64,000 nt of DNA from Macrostomum lignano (lineage: Eukaryota). The translations under genes were made by a program, and so were the position numbers. A model generated the notes under the pieces. The model made no database searches and was not told the origin of the DNA. It was given only the letters and a program-made list of their open reading frames with translations. The stretch is from contig NIVC01000032.1 in assembly GCA_002269645.1 (NCBI GenBank), positions 1,364,001 to 1,428,000 of the forward strand. Direction: 5' to 3'. Below, one piece after another: positions 49,637-62,542 of this stretch. The first letter of the stretch is position 1. Each line of letters starts with the position of its first letter.

Positions 49637-52251
49637 CGCGTTTTTGCTTCACGGTGTGGGCATTCTGCTACCCTGGAATCTATTCATCAATGCCAAGGAG
49701 TACTTTGAGAACTACAAGCTCAACACGAACATCTCGCGCGAGGCGGACTACAGGCACAATTTTATGAACTACATCGGCCTCGGGTCTCAGCTGCCCAACA
49801 TGCTCATGCTGGCTTGCAACGTCTTCTTTCAGCCGTTGACGACCAGCGAAGGACAGGAAAAAACTGGCAGCAAAAATGCCGCACGTCGCATTATGCTGGT
49901 GATCCTGATCGAAGTTTGCGTCTGCGCCACCACCGTCATCATGGCCTTGGTGGACACGAGCGAATGCCCGCGATTGTTCTTCGATGTCACGCTAATCAGT
50001 GTCATTGTGCTCAACTGTTGCACCGGCGTCTATCAGTCCTCGGCGTTCGGCATGGCGGGTGTGCTGCCCATGACCTACTCCAGTGCGATCGTACTGGGTA
50101 AGGCGTCTATCGTGATGCTTCTCGTGCGTGTCGTAGGAATCAGGGGCGTCGCCACCGGGGGGGGGACATGTCACAGTAAAAGCTGTAGGGGGGTTATGCC
50201 AATGCTTTGTCCCCCTCACCCAACCTTGTGATCCGTTATGAAAATCAATAATTTTGCTTCAGGGTGACAAAATATAGTGCCTGCAGCGCTTAAATGAGTG
50301 CCTGCGGCGCTAAAATGAGTGCCTGCGGCGCTAAAATGAGTGCCTGCGGCGCTAAAATGAGTGCCTGCGGCGCTAAAATGAGTGCCTGCGGCGCTAAAAT
50401 GAGTGCCTGCGGCGCTAAAATGAGTGCCTACGGCGCTAAAATGAGTGCCTGCGGTGCTAAAATGAGTGCCTGCGGCGCTAAAATGAGTGCCCGCCGCGCC
50501 AAAATGAGTGCCTGTGGCGCTAAAATGAGTGCCTGCAGCGCTAAAATGAGTGCCTGCGGCGCTAAAATGAGTGCCTGCGGCGCTAAAATGAGTGCCTGCG
50601 GCGCTAAAATGAGTGCCTGCGGCGCTAAAATGAGTGCCTGCGGCGCTAAAATGAGTGCCTGTGGCGCTAAAATGAGTGCCTGCGGCGCTAAAATGAGTGC
50701 CTGTGGCGCTAAAATGAGTGCCCGCCGCGCCAAAATGAGTGCCTGTGGCGCTAAAATGAGTGCCCGCCGCGCCAAAATGAGTGCCTACGGCGCTAAAATG
50801 AGTGCCTGTAGCTCTAAAACGAGTGCCTGTGGCGCTAAGATCAGTGCCTGAGGCGCTAAAACGAGTGCCTGCGGCGCCAAATGAGCGCTGACAACACCGA
50901 TTCTGAAAATAATGTACATGTACATATAGAATTCTTGGCTCTGTCCCCCCAACCATAAAATCCATCGCGACACCCCTGGTAGGAATCCCGCCCAGACCCC
51001 ATGGTGACAAGGGAGATATTAGTTTATTAGCTAGTCACAGAACAGCTTTACATAAGTGCGCTGTTACTACTAATCCAAATCTCCGAGTATCTCTCTGGAG
51101 CCGGCACAGATATGGGGTGACGGAGGCCCACAAAATTTAGCAAACTTTTGCTCATCACTTTCCCAGCAAGCTTAAACATGCCACTTAAAATTCACTTGAA
51201 GCACTGAAGCATTTTAACGTCGTTTTACGCAACGCAGGTAACAACATCTGCGGAACAGTGGTTGCCATTGTGAACATTGTTAGTCGGCTGGCATCTTCGC
51301 AGAATCTGCAAATGACCGCCGTTGGCTATTTCTCATTCTCTGTCGTACTGCTACTCATCTGCTTCTCCTCGCTCCTCATATTGCCGAAGCTGCCGTTCTA
51401 TCGGCACTACCAGCAGCCGCCGTCGCAACCGCATTCGTCTGAGAGGACCTGCGACACTGAGCAGACGTCTTTCGAATCGGACGACTCAACTGAAACTGTA
51501 AACGGATGCTGCGATGAGAATCTGGAAACTGTCAGGGCTTGTTGTGCTTTGTGCTGTATCCGCAAGGGACCTGTGGCTGCGTGCTCCAGGTGAGCCAGCC
51601 GATTTTTTTAAAGAGTTTCCGATTTCCAAGTCCATTGAATTTTGGTAAAACAGCTGTGTCGTCAAAGTTGAATTCATAACTTTGAACCACAATTTCAGAT
51701 ACTGGCAGAGATACCTGGCTGCCTTCAAAGAGTGCTGGGTTCACTGCCTCAGCGTCTGGTCGACATTCTTCTGCACGCTGGCCTGCTTTCCAGCCGTTCA
51801 ATCGGCCATCCGTCCGGTCCAGCTGCTGTCCATAGAGGCCTGGTTCACCGACATCTTCGTGTTCCTCGGCTTCAACCTGTTCGCCATGCTGGGCAGTCTG
51901 GCGTCAAATTTTGTACAATTCCCAAAACCACGCTGGCTGGCACTGGCCGTGTGGATTCGAACCCTAATCTTCATACCGTTCTTCATCATGTGCAACTGTT
52001 TCCCGGACAACCGGGCCCCGGCATTCCCGGTGGTCATCGCTAATGACTACGTGTTCACGGCTGGCATGGTGTTGTTCGCTTTCACCGGCGGCTACTTCAG
52101 CGCCCTCTGCATGATGTACGCGCCAAGGGACGTGAAGAATCCAAAGCACGCGGCATTGGCTGGCATGGTGTCGTCATTCTTCCTGGTCTCCGGCATCTTC
52201 TGCGGAGTGGCCTTCGGTGGAGTGCTGTTCAATGTGGTGCAGGCGCATTAG
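49552..52251 (+). pseudogene. ENT copy 3: 5'-truncated but otherwise open frame
   Basis: Exons ..-50097, 51238-51589, 51699-52251 are open. No native ATG; in-frame TGA upstream after the 1-nt deletion; first in-frame ATG at 49764 (after TM1). 33-nt in-frame deletion in the central loop. Confidence 0.75.
50141..50978 (+). mobile_element. Complete 838-bp hAT-type MITE with an internal 21-bp minisatellite
   Basis: TIRs CAGGGGCGTCGC / GCGACACCCCTG; 8-bp TSD GTAGGAAT at 50133-40 and 50979-86. Confidence 0.92.
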
Positions 52252-54400
52252 GCCGCTTAGAAAATTCCAAGTATATCAACTTATGGATGGAGCAAATAGT
52301 CAAGCTGCATAAAGCTCGTCACTCTTAATGTCTCGATGTTAAAAAATCTTAAAAATATGTTACTTTTTCTAGAGCAGCTAGCTGACGTATTTCTATATTA
52401 CAACTTCTAGTTCCATAAGCTCAGATATAACTTTGTTATAGTGCGTCATAATTTCCGGTGTTGCAGTCGTTGATTTCTGGCTAGAGACAGATTATAACAA
52501 TTTAGTAAGACCCCTTTAAATCAAATTGCTATTCGATTAGACGCTCCAGTACTTTCTGGTGACCCTATTTGTCATTGACGTTGGCTAATTTTATAGCTTC
52601 AATTTTTGGCCTCCATCTAGCTGGTTGAGTTTTGTCACGTCAACGAAGAAAACTTGTTTGCAGTTCAATTTTTGCGTATCTGTCACTCTTTTGGTGTATT
52701 TTTTGTTAAATTAAACTATATTTAGGCTGTAAGCTATCGTGATGAAACTATAACTCAGTACTTCAATACAATTAGTAAATATGTAATATCATGCAATGTC
52801 AATTAATTTGAATATGGTGATTAATGCGCAACAGCTAGAATTCATTGCTGCATACTGAGAATTATAATACTTTACCAAATGTTTCTGCTGATTCTGGTTG
52901 CTGAATTTTGAAAGTCTGAGAGACCCTATAGATCAAACATTAGCTACTTAATAAGTAGTACGAGTATAAGCATGATTCAATTTTGATTGGTCAGTTGCGT
53001 TAAAATATACTGATATTCCTCTATATGTGCTACTCATATTGTTGAAGTAAGTAAGTAAAGCGTTTTTTATTATTTAATGACTTTCAAATTCAAATTGATA
53101 TGACAAATATGCATTACCCCTGAGTTTACGTCCGCCAGCATTGCAAGTTAAGCCGAGTTGCTCCTGGTTAGTGCACACAGTTGAAGTTGCTATGCTTGTG
53201 TCCAGGGAGTCTTTCAGCGACCAGGTTTCGGCGTTCGACCACTGCCTCCTAGAACAAAGCCGCCCTCTGGCGGCTATAAGAATTTGACCCACAGGACCGC
53301 TTTTACAGCAGGAAACACGACGCCCATACAAGCTCTAATCAACATTGCGGACGTCAAGAACCAGACCGCCGAGGTAGACGAACTGCTGGTGCCATGAGAA
53401 TCTCTCTCACCCTAAAAATCTCTCTCACCTTGAGAATCTCTCGCCTGGAGAATCTGTCACCTAGAGAATCTCTTACCGGGAGAATCTGTCACCTGGAGAA
53501 TCTCTCATCTTGATCATCTCTCGCCTGGAGAATATCTCACCTTGAGAATCTCTCACCTGGAAAATCTCTCACCTTGAGAATCTTTCCCTAAAGAGAATCT
53601 CTCACCTTGAGAATCGCTCACCTTGAGAATCTCTCAACTTGAGAATCTCTCACCTTGAGAACCTCTCACCATGATAATCTCTTGCCTGGAGAATCTGTCA
53701 CCTGGAGAACCTCTCATCTTGTTAATCTCTCGCCTGGAGAATATCTCGCCTGGAGAATCTCTTACCTGGAGAATCTCTCACCTGGAGAATCTCTCACCTG
53801 GAAAATCTCTCACCTGGAGAATCTCTCACCTGGAGAATCTCTCACCTGGGGAATCTCTCACCTTGAGAATGTCTCTCACCCTGATAATCTCTTGACTGGA
53901 GAATCTGTCACCTGGAGAATCTCTTACCTGGAAAATTTCTTATCTTGATAATCTCTCGCCTGGAGATTCTCTCACCTAGAGAATCTCTCACCTGAAAAAT
54001 CTCTCACCTGGAAAATCTCTCACCTGGAGAATCTCTCACCTGGGGAATCTGTAGAACCTGCCTTAAAATCCACCATTTTAACGAACTCGCAAGGCTTGTT
54101 ATGAACAGCTAAACAGCAAAATTTAAAATTTAAAAAATTTTAATTTTTTAGATTCAATTAACAAAAGCCTATTCTGCGAGAAGAGAAATTATTACAAAGA
54201 TGAAATTTCTTGTTTAACTAAGAGTTCGCAAAATTGTTTCAATGCCACATTCGACGCTAATTATCGAGCAACAGGTGTTTTCGAGTCACATGACCTTAAT
54301 TATGTAATTCTGTTTTATTTAAATCGATAACCTCTGAAACGGCTAAAAGGTTTAAAATTATTTCATCCAGCTCGACACCTGCTGGCCGCCTGTTTCTACA

Positions 54401-54570
54401 ATGAGTGTCAAAGTGAACTCAGCTTTTGCTTCGGCGCTGCTGGCCTTTGGTCTGCTGCTGCCCTGTCAACTGGGCCTGCCCACCACGAGAAATCAGGGGT
54501 GAGTGCTGGATTCTTCGGGACAGGTATGTGAGCTCATAGACAGACTGATAGACACACAGACTGACAGACT

Positions 54571-54621
<51 letters not shown>

Positions 54622-54661
54622 GGACACACAGACAAAAAGACAGACAGACAGACAGACAGAC

Positions 54662-54750
<89 letters not shown>

Positions 54751-54751
54751 A

Positions 54752-54788
<37 letters not shown>

Positions 54789-54809
54789 CTAAGACAGACA
54801 GACAGTAAA

Positions 54810-54850
<41 letters not shown>

Positions 54851-54869
54851 CTAAGACAGACACTAAGAA

Positions 54870-54910
<41 letters not shown>

Positions 54911-57900
54911 GTAAAAGACAGACAGAGTCACAAGCACCAGAGGTCGCTGACCATCGCAGCCCCAATCGACCCCCCAGCGACCGGCTAATCGTGTTCGTCC
55001 CCACGCGGCAGGCGCAGCTGGACTGGCTGGAACTGATCCACTCCCAGGCTGGGAAGCCTGGCGAAGTCGGCGAAAATGTACGTTGGATCAACGTAATATG
55101 TTTTAATTAAGATATCTTTTCAGCGAGAGAGGACTGAGATTCTAAGGCGAGATGCTCGATGATTCTCATAAGATTCTAACACAAGGGATAATTATGCTAG
55201 AGATTCTCAAGGGGAACGATACTCTATAGGTGAGATGTTTTCAAGGTGAGATATTCTCCAGGTGAAGGATTCTCAAGGTGAGAGATTCTCAAGGTGAGAG
55301 ATTCTCAAGGTGAGAGATTCTCAAGGTGAGATATTCTCAAGGTGAGATATTCTCAAGGTGCGATATTCTCAAGGTGAGATATTCTCACGATGAGAGATTC
55401 TCAAGGTGAGAGATTCTCAAGGTGAGATATTCTCACGATGAGAGATTCACAAGGTGAGAGATTCTCAAGGTGAATGATTCTCAAGGTGAGAGATTCTCAA
55501 GGTGAGATATTCTTACGATGAGAGATTCTCAAGGTGAGAGTTTCTCAAGGTGAGAGATTCTCAAAGTGAGATATTCTCAAGGTGAGAGATTCTCCAGGTG
55601 AGATATTCTCAAGGTGAGAGATTCTCAAGGTGAGATATTCACAAGGTGAGGGATTCTCCAGGTGAGAGATTCTCAAGAAGAGATATTCTCAAGGTGAGAT
55701 ATTCTCAAGGTGAGGGATTCTCCAGGTGAGAGATTCAAACAAATAATATCGTCGCTTCTGCCCCGTCCTTCATCGCAGGTGAGATTCTGGTTCGGTCCGG
55801 GGCTGCTGAACCAAGAGACCATAGTCTTTGTTCCAGGCGGTGACTATGGCAGACTGGTGTCGGCCATACCCAGCAGTCAGGACACGTACTCTTGGTGGAC
55901 GGTGCAGAAAGAAAATCTTGGCAAACTGGTTACCAGGGAGACGAGAGCAAACGCTGTTCGAAGGAGGAGTTCGGATATCAGCTCCGCGTATCGCACCTAT
56001 CAGGAGGTGAGGTCTTTGTATTAGAGTTACAAAGTGTGACATCCGTGTCCAACAAAGTGGGAAATCCCTGTCTAACAAAGTGTGACTTCCGTGTCTAACA
56101 AAGTGTGACATCCGTGTCCAACAAAGTGGGAAATCCCTGTCTAACAAAGTGTGACATCCGTGTCTAACAAAGTGTGACATCCGTGTCTAACAAAGTGTGA
56201 CATCCATGTCTAACAGAGTGGGACATTCGTGTCTAACAGAGTGTGACATCCATGTCTAACAGAGTGGGACATTCGTGTCTAACAGAGTGTGACATCCATG
56301 TCTAACAGAGTGGGACATTCGTGTCTAACAGAGTGTGACATCCGTGTCTAACAGGGTGTGACATCCGTGTCTAACAGAGTGTGACATCCGTTTCTAACAG
56401 AGTGTGACATCCGTTTCTAACAGGGTGTGACATCCGCGTCTAACCGAGTGTGAGATGGACCGTCTCAAACCTGATAAATTAAATCGATCTCATGTTCCGC
56501 CTACAGATCCTGAACTTCCTAGACCAGACACAATCAACTTGCGGCTCATTCTGTTCCGTTGAAAAATTTGGCACCAGCTACGAAGGCAGAGACTTAAAAT
56601 TAATTAAGGTAAATAAAAATAATCACTGATCGAATATTAATGTACTAGACAAAGCATAAGTAGTATGAAGCGTAGAAAATCATCATTTTTTATCAGATTG
56701 GCGATGATCTGCCATCGAAGCGAATTATTTGGATTGACGCCGGCATTCACGCAAGAGAATGGATTGCTCCAGCCACTGCTCTGTACTTCATCGATAAGGT
56801 AAACTCTACCATCACTGCTCATGTCTACTCTACCCTTAGTCTACCATCACTGCTCATGTCTACTCCACCCTTAGTCTACCATCACTGCTCATGTCTACTC
56901 CACCCTTAGTCTACCATCACTGCTCATGTCTACTCTACCCTTAGTCTACCATCACTGCTCATGCCTACTCTACCATCACTGCTCATGTCTACTCTACCAT
57001 CACTGCTAATGTCTACTCTACCCTTAGTCTACCATCACTGCTCATGTCTCATCACTGCTCATGTCTACTCTACCATCACTGCTCATGTCTACTCTACCCT
57101 TAGTCTACCATCACTGCTCACGTCTACTCTACCCTTAGTCTACCATCACTGCTCACGTCTACTCTACCCTTAGTCTACCATCACTGCTCACGTCTACTCT
57201 ACCCTTAGTGTATAACCATCAGTGCTCATGTCTCACAACAATTGCAGATAGTCCAAGGCTACAAGTCGTCAGATTCAACTATAAAGTCGATGCTGGATAA
57301 CTTTGCCTTCTATATCGCTCCTCTGCTAAATCCGGATGGATATGTGTACACTTTTACTACGGTAAGTACGGTCTGGTGGCGGGTTGAATATTGGAAAAAG
57401 TAGTATCGTTTTGGTTCTGAGACTGGGTAGAGGTTAAATATTAGCTTGTTCTCAGTGAATGATGATGATACACTATGATACAAGCATGATGATCGTCAGT
57501 TCTCCTCGGCCAACACCCAGCGCTGACGGAAATTCTTAGGGGCGTCACCGTGGACTTTATGGTGGGGGGACAAAGCCAAGAATTCAACATGTACTGAAGT
57601 ACATGTACATGACTAAACTCGATCCTAAATTTCCATTATTGTGAGAATCGTGTTATCAGCGCTCATTTTAGCGCCGCAGGCACTCATTTGGCGCCACAGG
57701 CACTCATTTTAGCGCCGTAGGCACTCATTTTAGCGCCGTAGGCTCTCATTTTAGCGCCGTAGGCACTCATTTTAGCGCCGCAGGCACTCATTTTAGCGCC
57801 GTAGGCACTCATTTTAGCGCCGTAGGCACTCATTTTAGCGCCGTAGGCACTCATTTTAGCGCCGTAGGCACTCATTTTAGCGCCGTAGGCACTCATTTTA

Positions 57901-60638
57901 GCGCCGTAGGCACTCATTTTAGCGCCGTAGGCACTCATTTTGGCGCCGTAGGCACTCATTTTAGCGCCGTAGGCACTCATTTTGGCGCCGTAGGCACTCA
58001 TTTTGGCGCCGTAGGCACTCATTTTAGCGCCGTGGGCACTCATCTTAGCGCCCTGAAGAAAATTATTGATTGCCACGAGTCACAAAGGTGGGGTGGGGGG
58101 ACAGAGCATGATTGATATGCCCCCTATAGCTTATACTGGGGGGACGGACATGTTCCATCTGTCCCCCTGGCGGCCACGCGCCTGCACGCGCTCACACGGG
58201 GTGTACATGTACAGCGGCCCTAATCGCCAGGCCGGTTAATTTTCGCGCACACAACACTCGCACTCACTCAGAACCGATTTTGGCGCAAAACCCGATCAGC
58301 CCAAGCTGGCGGTTGTTATGGCGTCGATCCGAACAGAAACTTCGGCTACCATTGGGGCGGCCAGGGCACCAGCAGTAATCCATGCGCTGAGACGTTCAGA
58401 GGTTCCTCGGCGTTTAGCGAGCCGGAGACCAGAGCAGTGAGAGACAAACTGTTGGCTATCCGACTGAGAACGATTTCATTCATCACTATGCACTCCTACG
58501 GGCAGGACTGGATGGTGCCGTACGGGTGAGCCGACTGGGTGGGTTTTCATGAGAAAATTCATTCCGTACATAAACTTCTACACCCTGTGTGAGCGTGTGC
58601 ATGAGTGCTGTGCCTGAGTACAGTATTGGTGCTTGTGTGCTCAGGAGTGTGCGGAACGGGCAGAATTGCCTCTCACTATTGCTGATTGGTCGTGGGACAG
58701 CAGACAAGGTTTCAGTCAACAACAGACAAATAGATTTCATTTGTCTTTCATTTCATTTGATTTAGAGTCAACAACAGATTAATAGATTTAGCAGTCAACA
58801 ACAGACAAAGAGTTTAGCAGTCAACAACAGACAAATAGATTTCGCAGTCAACAACAGACAAATAGATTTCAGTCAACAACAGACAAATAGATTTCGCAGT
58901 CAACAACAGACAAATAGATTTCGCAGTCAACAACAGACAAAGAGTTTTAGCAGTCAACAACAGACAAATAGATTTCGCAGTCAACAACAGACAAAGAGTT
59001 TTAGCAGTCAACAACAGACAAATAGATTTCAGTCAACAACAGACACATATAGATTTCAGTCAACAACAGACAAAGAGATTTCAGTCAACAACAGACAAAT
59101 AGATTTCAGTCAACAACAGACACATATAGATTTCAGTCAACAACAGACACATATAGATTTCAGTCAACAACAGACACATATAGATTTCAGTCAACAACAG
59201 ACAAATAGATTTCGCAGTCAACAACAGACAAATAGATTTCGCAGTCAACAACAGACAAATAGATTTCGCAGTCAACAACAGACAAATAGATTTCAGTCAA
59301 CAACAGACAAAGAGATTTCGCAGTCAACAACAGGCAAATAGATTTCGCAGTCAACAACAGACAAAGAGATTTCGCAGTCAACAACAGACAAATAGATTTC
59401 GCAGTCAACAACAGACAAATAGATTTCAGTCAACAACAGACAAATAGATTTCGCAGTCAACAACAGACAAATAGATTTCGCAGTCAACAACAGACAAATA
59501 GATTTCGCAGTCAACAACAGACAAATAGATTTCGCAGACAACAACAGACAAATAGATTTCAGTCAACAACAGACAAATAGATTTCGCAGTCAACAACAGA
59601 CAAATAGATTTCGCAGTCAACAACAGACAAATAGATTTCGCAGTCAACAACAGACAAATAGATTTCAGTCAACAACAGACAAAGAGATTTCGCAGTCAAC
59701 AACAGACAAATAGATTTCAGTCAACAACAGACAAATCGATTTCGCAGTCGACAATAGACAAATAGATTTCAGTCAACAACAGACAAATAGATTTCAGTCA
59801 ACAACAGACAAATAGATTTCAGTCAACAACAGACAAATAGATTTCGCAGTCAACAACAGACAAATAGATTTCAGTCAACAACAGACAAATAGATTTCGCA
59901 GTCAACAACAGACAAATAGATTTCAGTCAACAACAGACAAATAGATTTCGCAGTCAACAACAGACAAATATAGATTTCGCAGTCAACAACAGACAAATAG
60001 ATTTCGCAGTCAACAATAGACAAATAGATTTCAGTCAACAACAGACACATATAGATTTCAGTCAACAACAGGCAAATAGATTTCGCAGTCAACAACAGAC
60101 AAATATAGATTTCGCAGTCAACAACAGACAAATAGATTTCAGTCAACAACAGACAAATTGATTTCAGTCAACAACAGGCAAATAGATTTCGCAGTCAACA
60201 ACAGACAAATAGATTTCAGTCAACAACAGACAAATAGATTTCGCAGTCAAAAACAGACAAATAGATACCGGCTTCTCAGACCTCAGAAACCGACTCATTC
60301 CCACCACTAAAACCAGGTACGCTTACAACGTTAGCGTAGACAACTATGCTCAGATGATGCGACCAGTGCAAGCTGCAGCAGACAAACTGAAATCGCTCGG
60401 CCGCAACTATGACATCGGCAACTCGGCCGTGGTCACCTATCCCGCAGCGGGAGCTTCAGATGACTACGCGGCAAGCATTGGGGTGCCCTATGCTCACACA
60501 ATCGAATTGCCAGACACGGGTCAGTATGGCTTCCTACTGCCGCAGAGTGAAATACCCAGAGTTGGCTTGGAGACGCTGGAGGCTCTCAAAGTCTATTTGG
60601 GGTATATTGCGGCCGCTAATCAGCCAAGGGATGAATGA
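54401..60638 (+). CDS. Carboxypeptidase B-like M14A, copy 3, apparently intact
   Basis: Exons essentially identical to copy 2; same catalytic motifs and stop. Confidence 0.9.
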
Positions 60639-62542
60639 TTGAAGATTTACATAATAAAATTAACTAACATTACAAAACAGTTTAAAATCTTAACAATGTA
60701 ATCAGTTGTCGGCAACCTTTTTACTTCAAGGGCCAAATATAAAAGTCTTGATGATTGCTGCGGGCCGGATGATAGATGACAGATTAGAGAGGTGAGAGAA
60801 AAGATTAGATAAAAGATAAGAGATGAGATGAGAGGAGAGAGCTGAGAAGAGACACAAACCTTGAGCGGGCTGGATTGCTATAGTGAAGTTTCAAAGGATC
60901 AAAGGAATTGTTTCAAAGGCCGGATAGAGAGGTGAAATACATATTTCACCCCTACACTTCTACGGTAAAATTACCCCTGCACTATTAATTTTAACGGTTT
61001 TCCTTAATTAACGGTTTTAATTTTAACGACTTCTGCTATCCAATTCTACTGTATTATTACAGTTTTGCACTTAACTCATTACTATCGCAAAAACGAAAAA
61101 TAAATCCGATAAAATCACTCACAAAAGTAGATAAACTTCGTTAACAGAAAATGTTCAATTTTTTTTCAAACAAAATCTGAAGTAAATTATAACAAAATAA
61201 TAGAAATATGTCAATGGTTTGGAATGTTTAAAACAATCTTTGAGATAAAATCGGTCTGGAATTTATTGAAACCGGCATAAAAAACTGTGAGCTTGGAAAT
61301 TATAGTGCTTATTAAATACTAGACAGTATAATTATAGTTTGAAAGATATAAGAAGCATAATACATGATAATATATACACCACGCAAAAAGTGAGTAAGAT
61401 AAGCACTGAAAGATGCAGGTTAGCATAATTGCGCATCATATTTTAACAGTAAAACGAGTGAAATAAATAAATAATTCCGGAAAAAATTACTAATTAACCT
61501 GCTAACTATTTCGGCTGAAAGGAGATTCAATGTGACAAATATGAGAATATTTGCAACATATTTTAATTTGAAGGCACACACAATAAAGGAAAAAGTAATC
61601 AAGTTTTGAATTATGAGCAACAATGCTCGATAAAAACCTGCTATGCTTGCACAATAGATTGAGATTGCAAATAGAATTTCTGTATAAATTATTACAGATA
61701 GTGCACCTGAATATTGCAAAAATAAATTATTGAACAGGGCTCTAAAACTGCAGTTTTTTCTAAATACGAAATTATTACAAGCAAAAATTTGAAGAAATGT
61801 TTAACTTGCTTAAAGCTGCAATTTTTGGTTTATTTTTTTGTTAAATTGGCTGAGCTCAAATTGCTCATCAATAAGTTTTTAACAATTTTGACTCTCTGAT
61901 GTGCCAGCGGCCCAGGCTCGATTCCAAGTGCAGTCACATTAATTTGGGGCTAAATTGGAATCTCGGCTTGGCTCTGCTCGTGCAATTAATGTCATTAAGA
62001 GCCAACCCCCCAAGGCACAGTGAAGTGTACATGCCCAACGATTAATAAAGTTAAGGCCGCTGTACACTCCTGTGTGTGTGCCTGTGCGTATGACTGCGTA
62101 CGTATCCGCGCGCTAGTGTGCCTGCTCAGGGGAGTCGGCGGAATGGGGGCAGCAATGCCTCTCGCCGGTTGTGCGACAATGTCGCTTAAAGTGCGCCGAG
62201 TGCATACAGCTCCATGCCTCTAATAAAAAATCTCTTCAGTGCATTTTTCAAGCGAATTGTCTATGGCCCAACCCCACTAAGCTGTCACTCAGTTTGAAAC
62301 CGGCACTGCAGATAATTTTTTTTACTTTAGTCATTGAATTGTCTTTGGCCCAACCCCACTGAGCTGTCACTCAGTTTGAAACCGGCACTGCAGATAAAGT
62401 TTGTTTTTTTTTTAGTCATTGAATTGTCTATGGCCCAACCCCACTGAGCTGTCACTCAGTTTGAAACCGGCACTGCAGATAAAGTTTGTTTTTTTACTTT
62501 AGTCATTGAATTGTCTTTGGCCCAACCCCACTGAGCTGTCAC

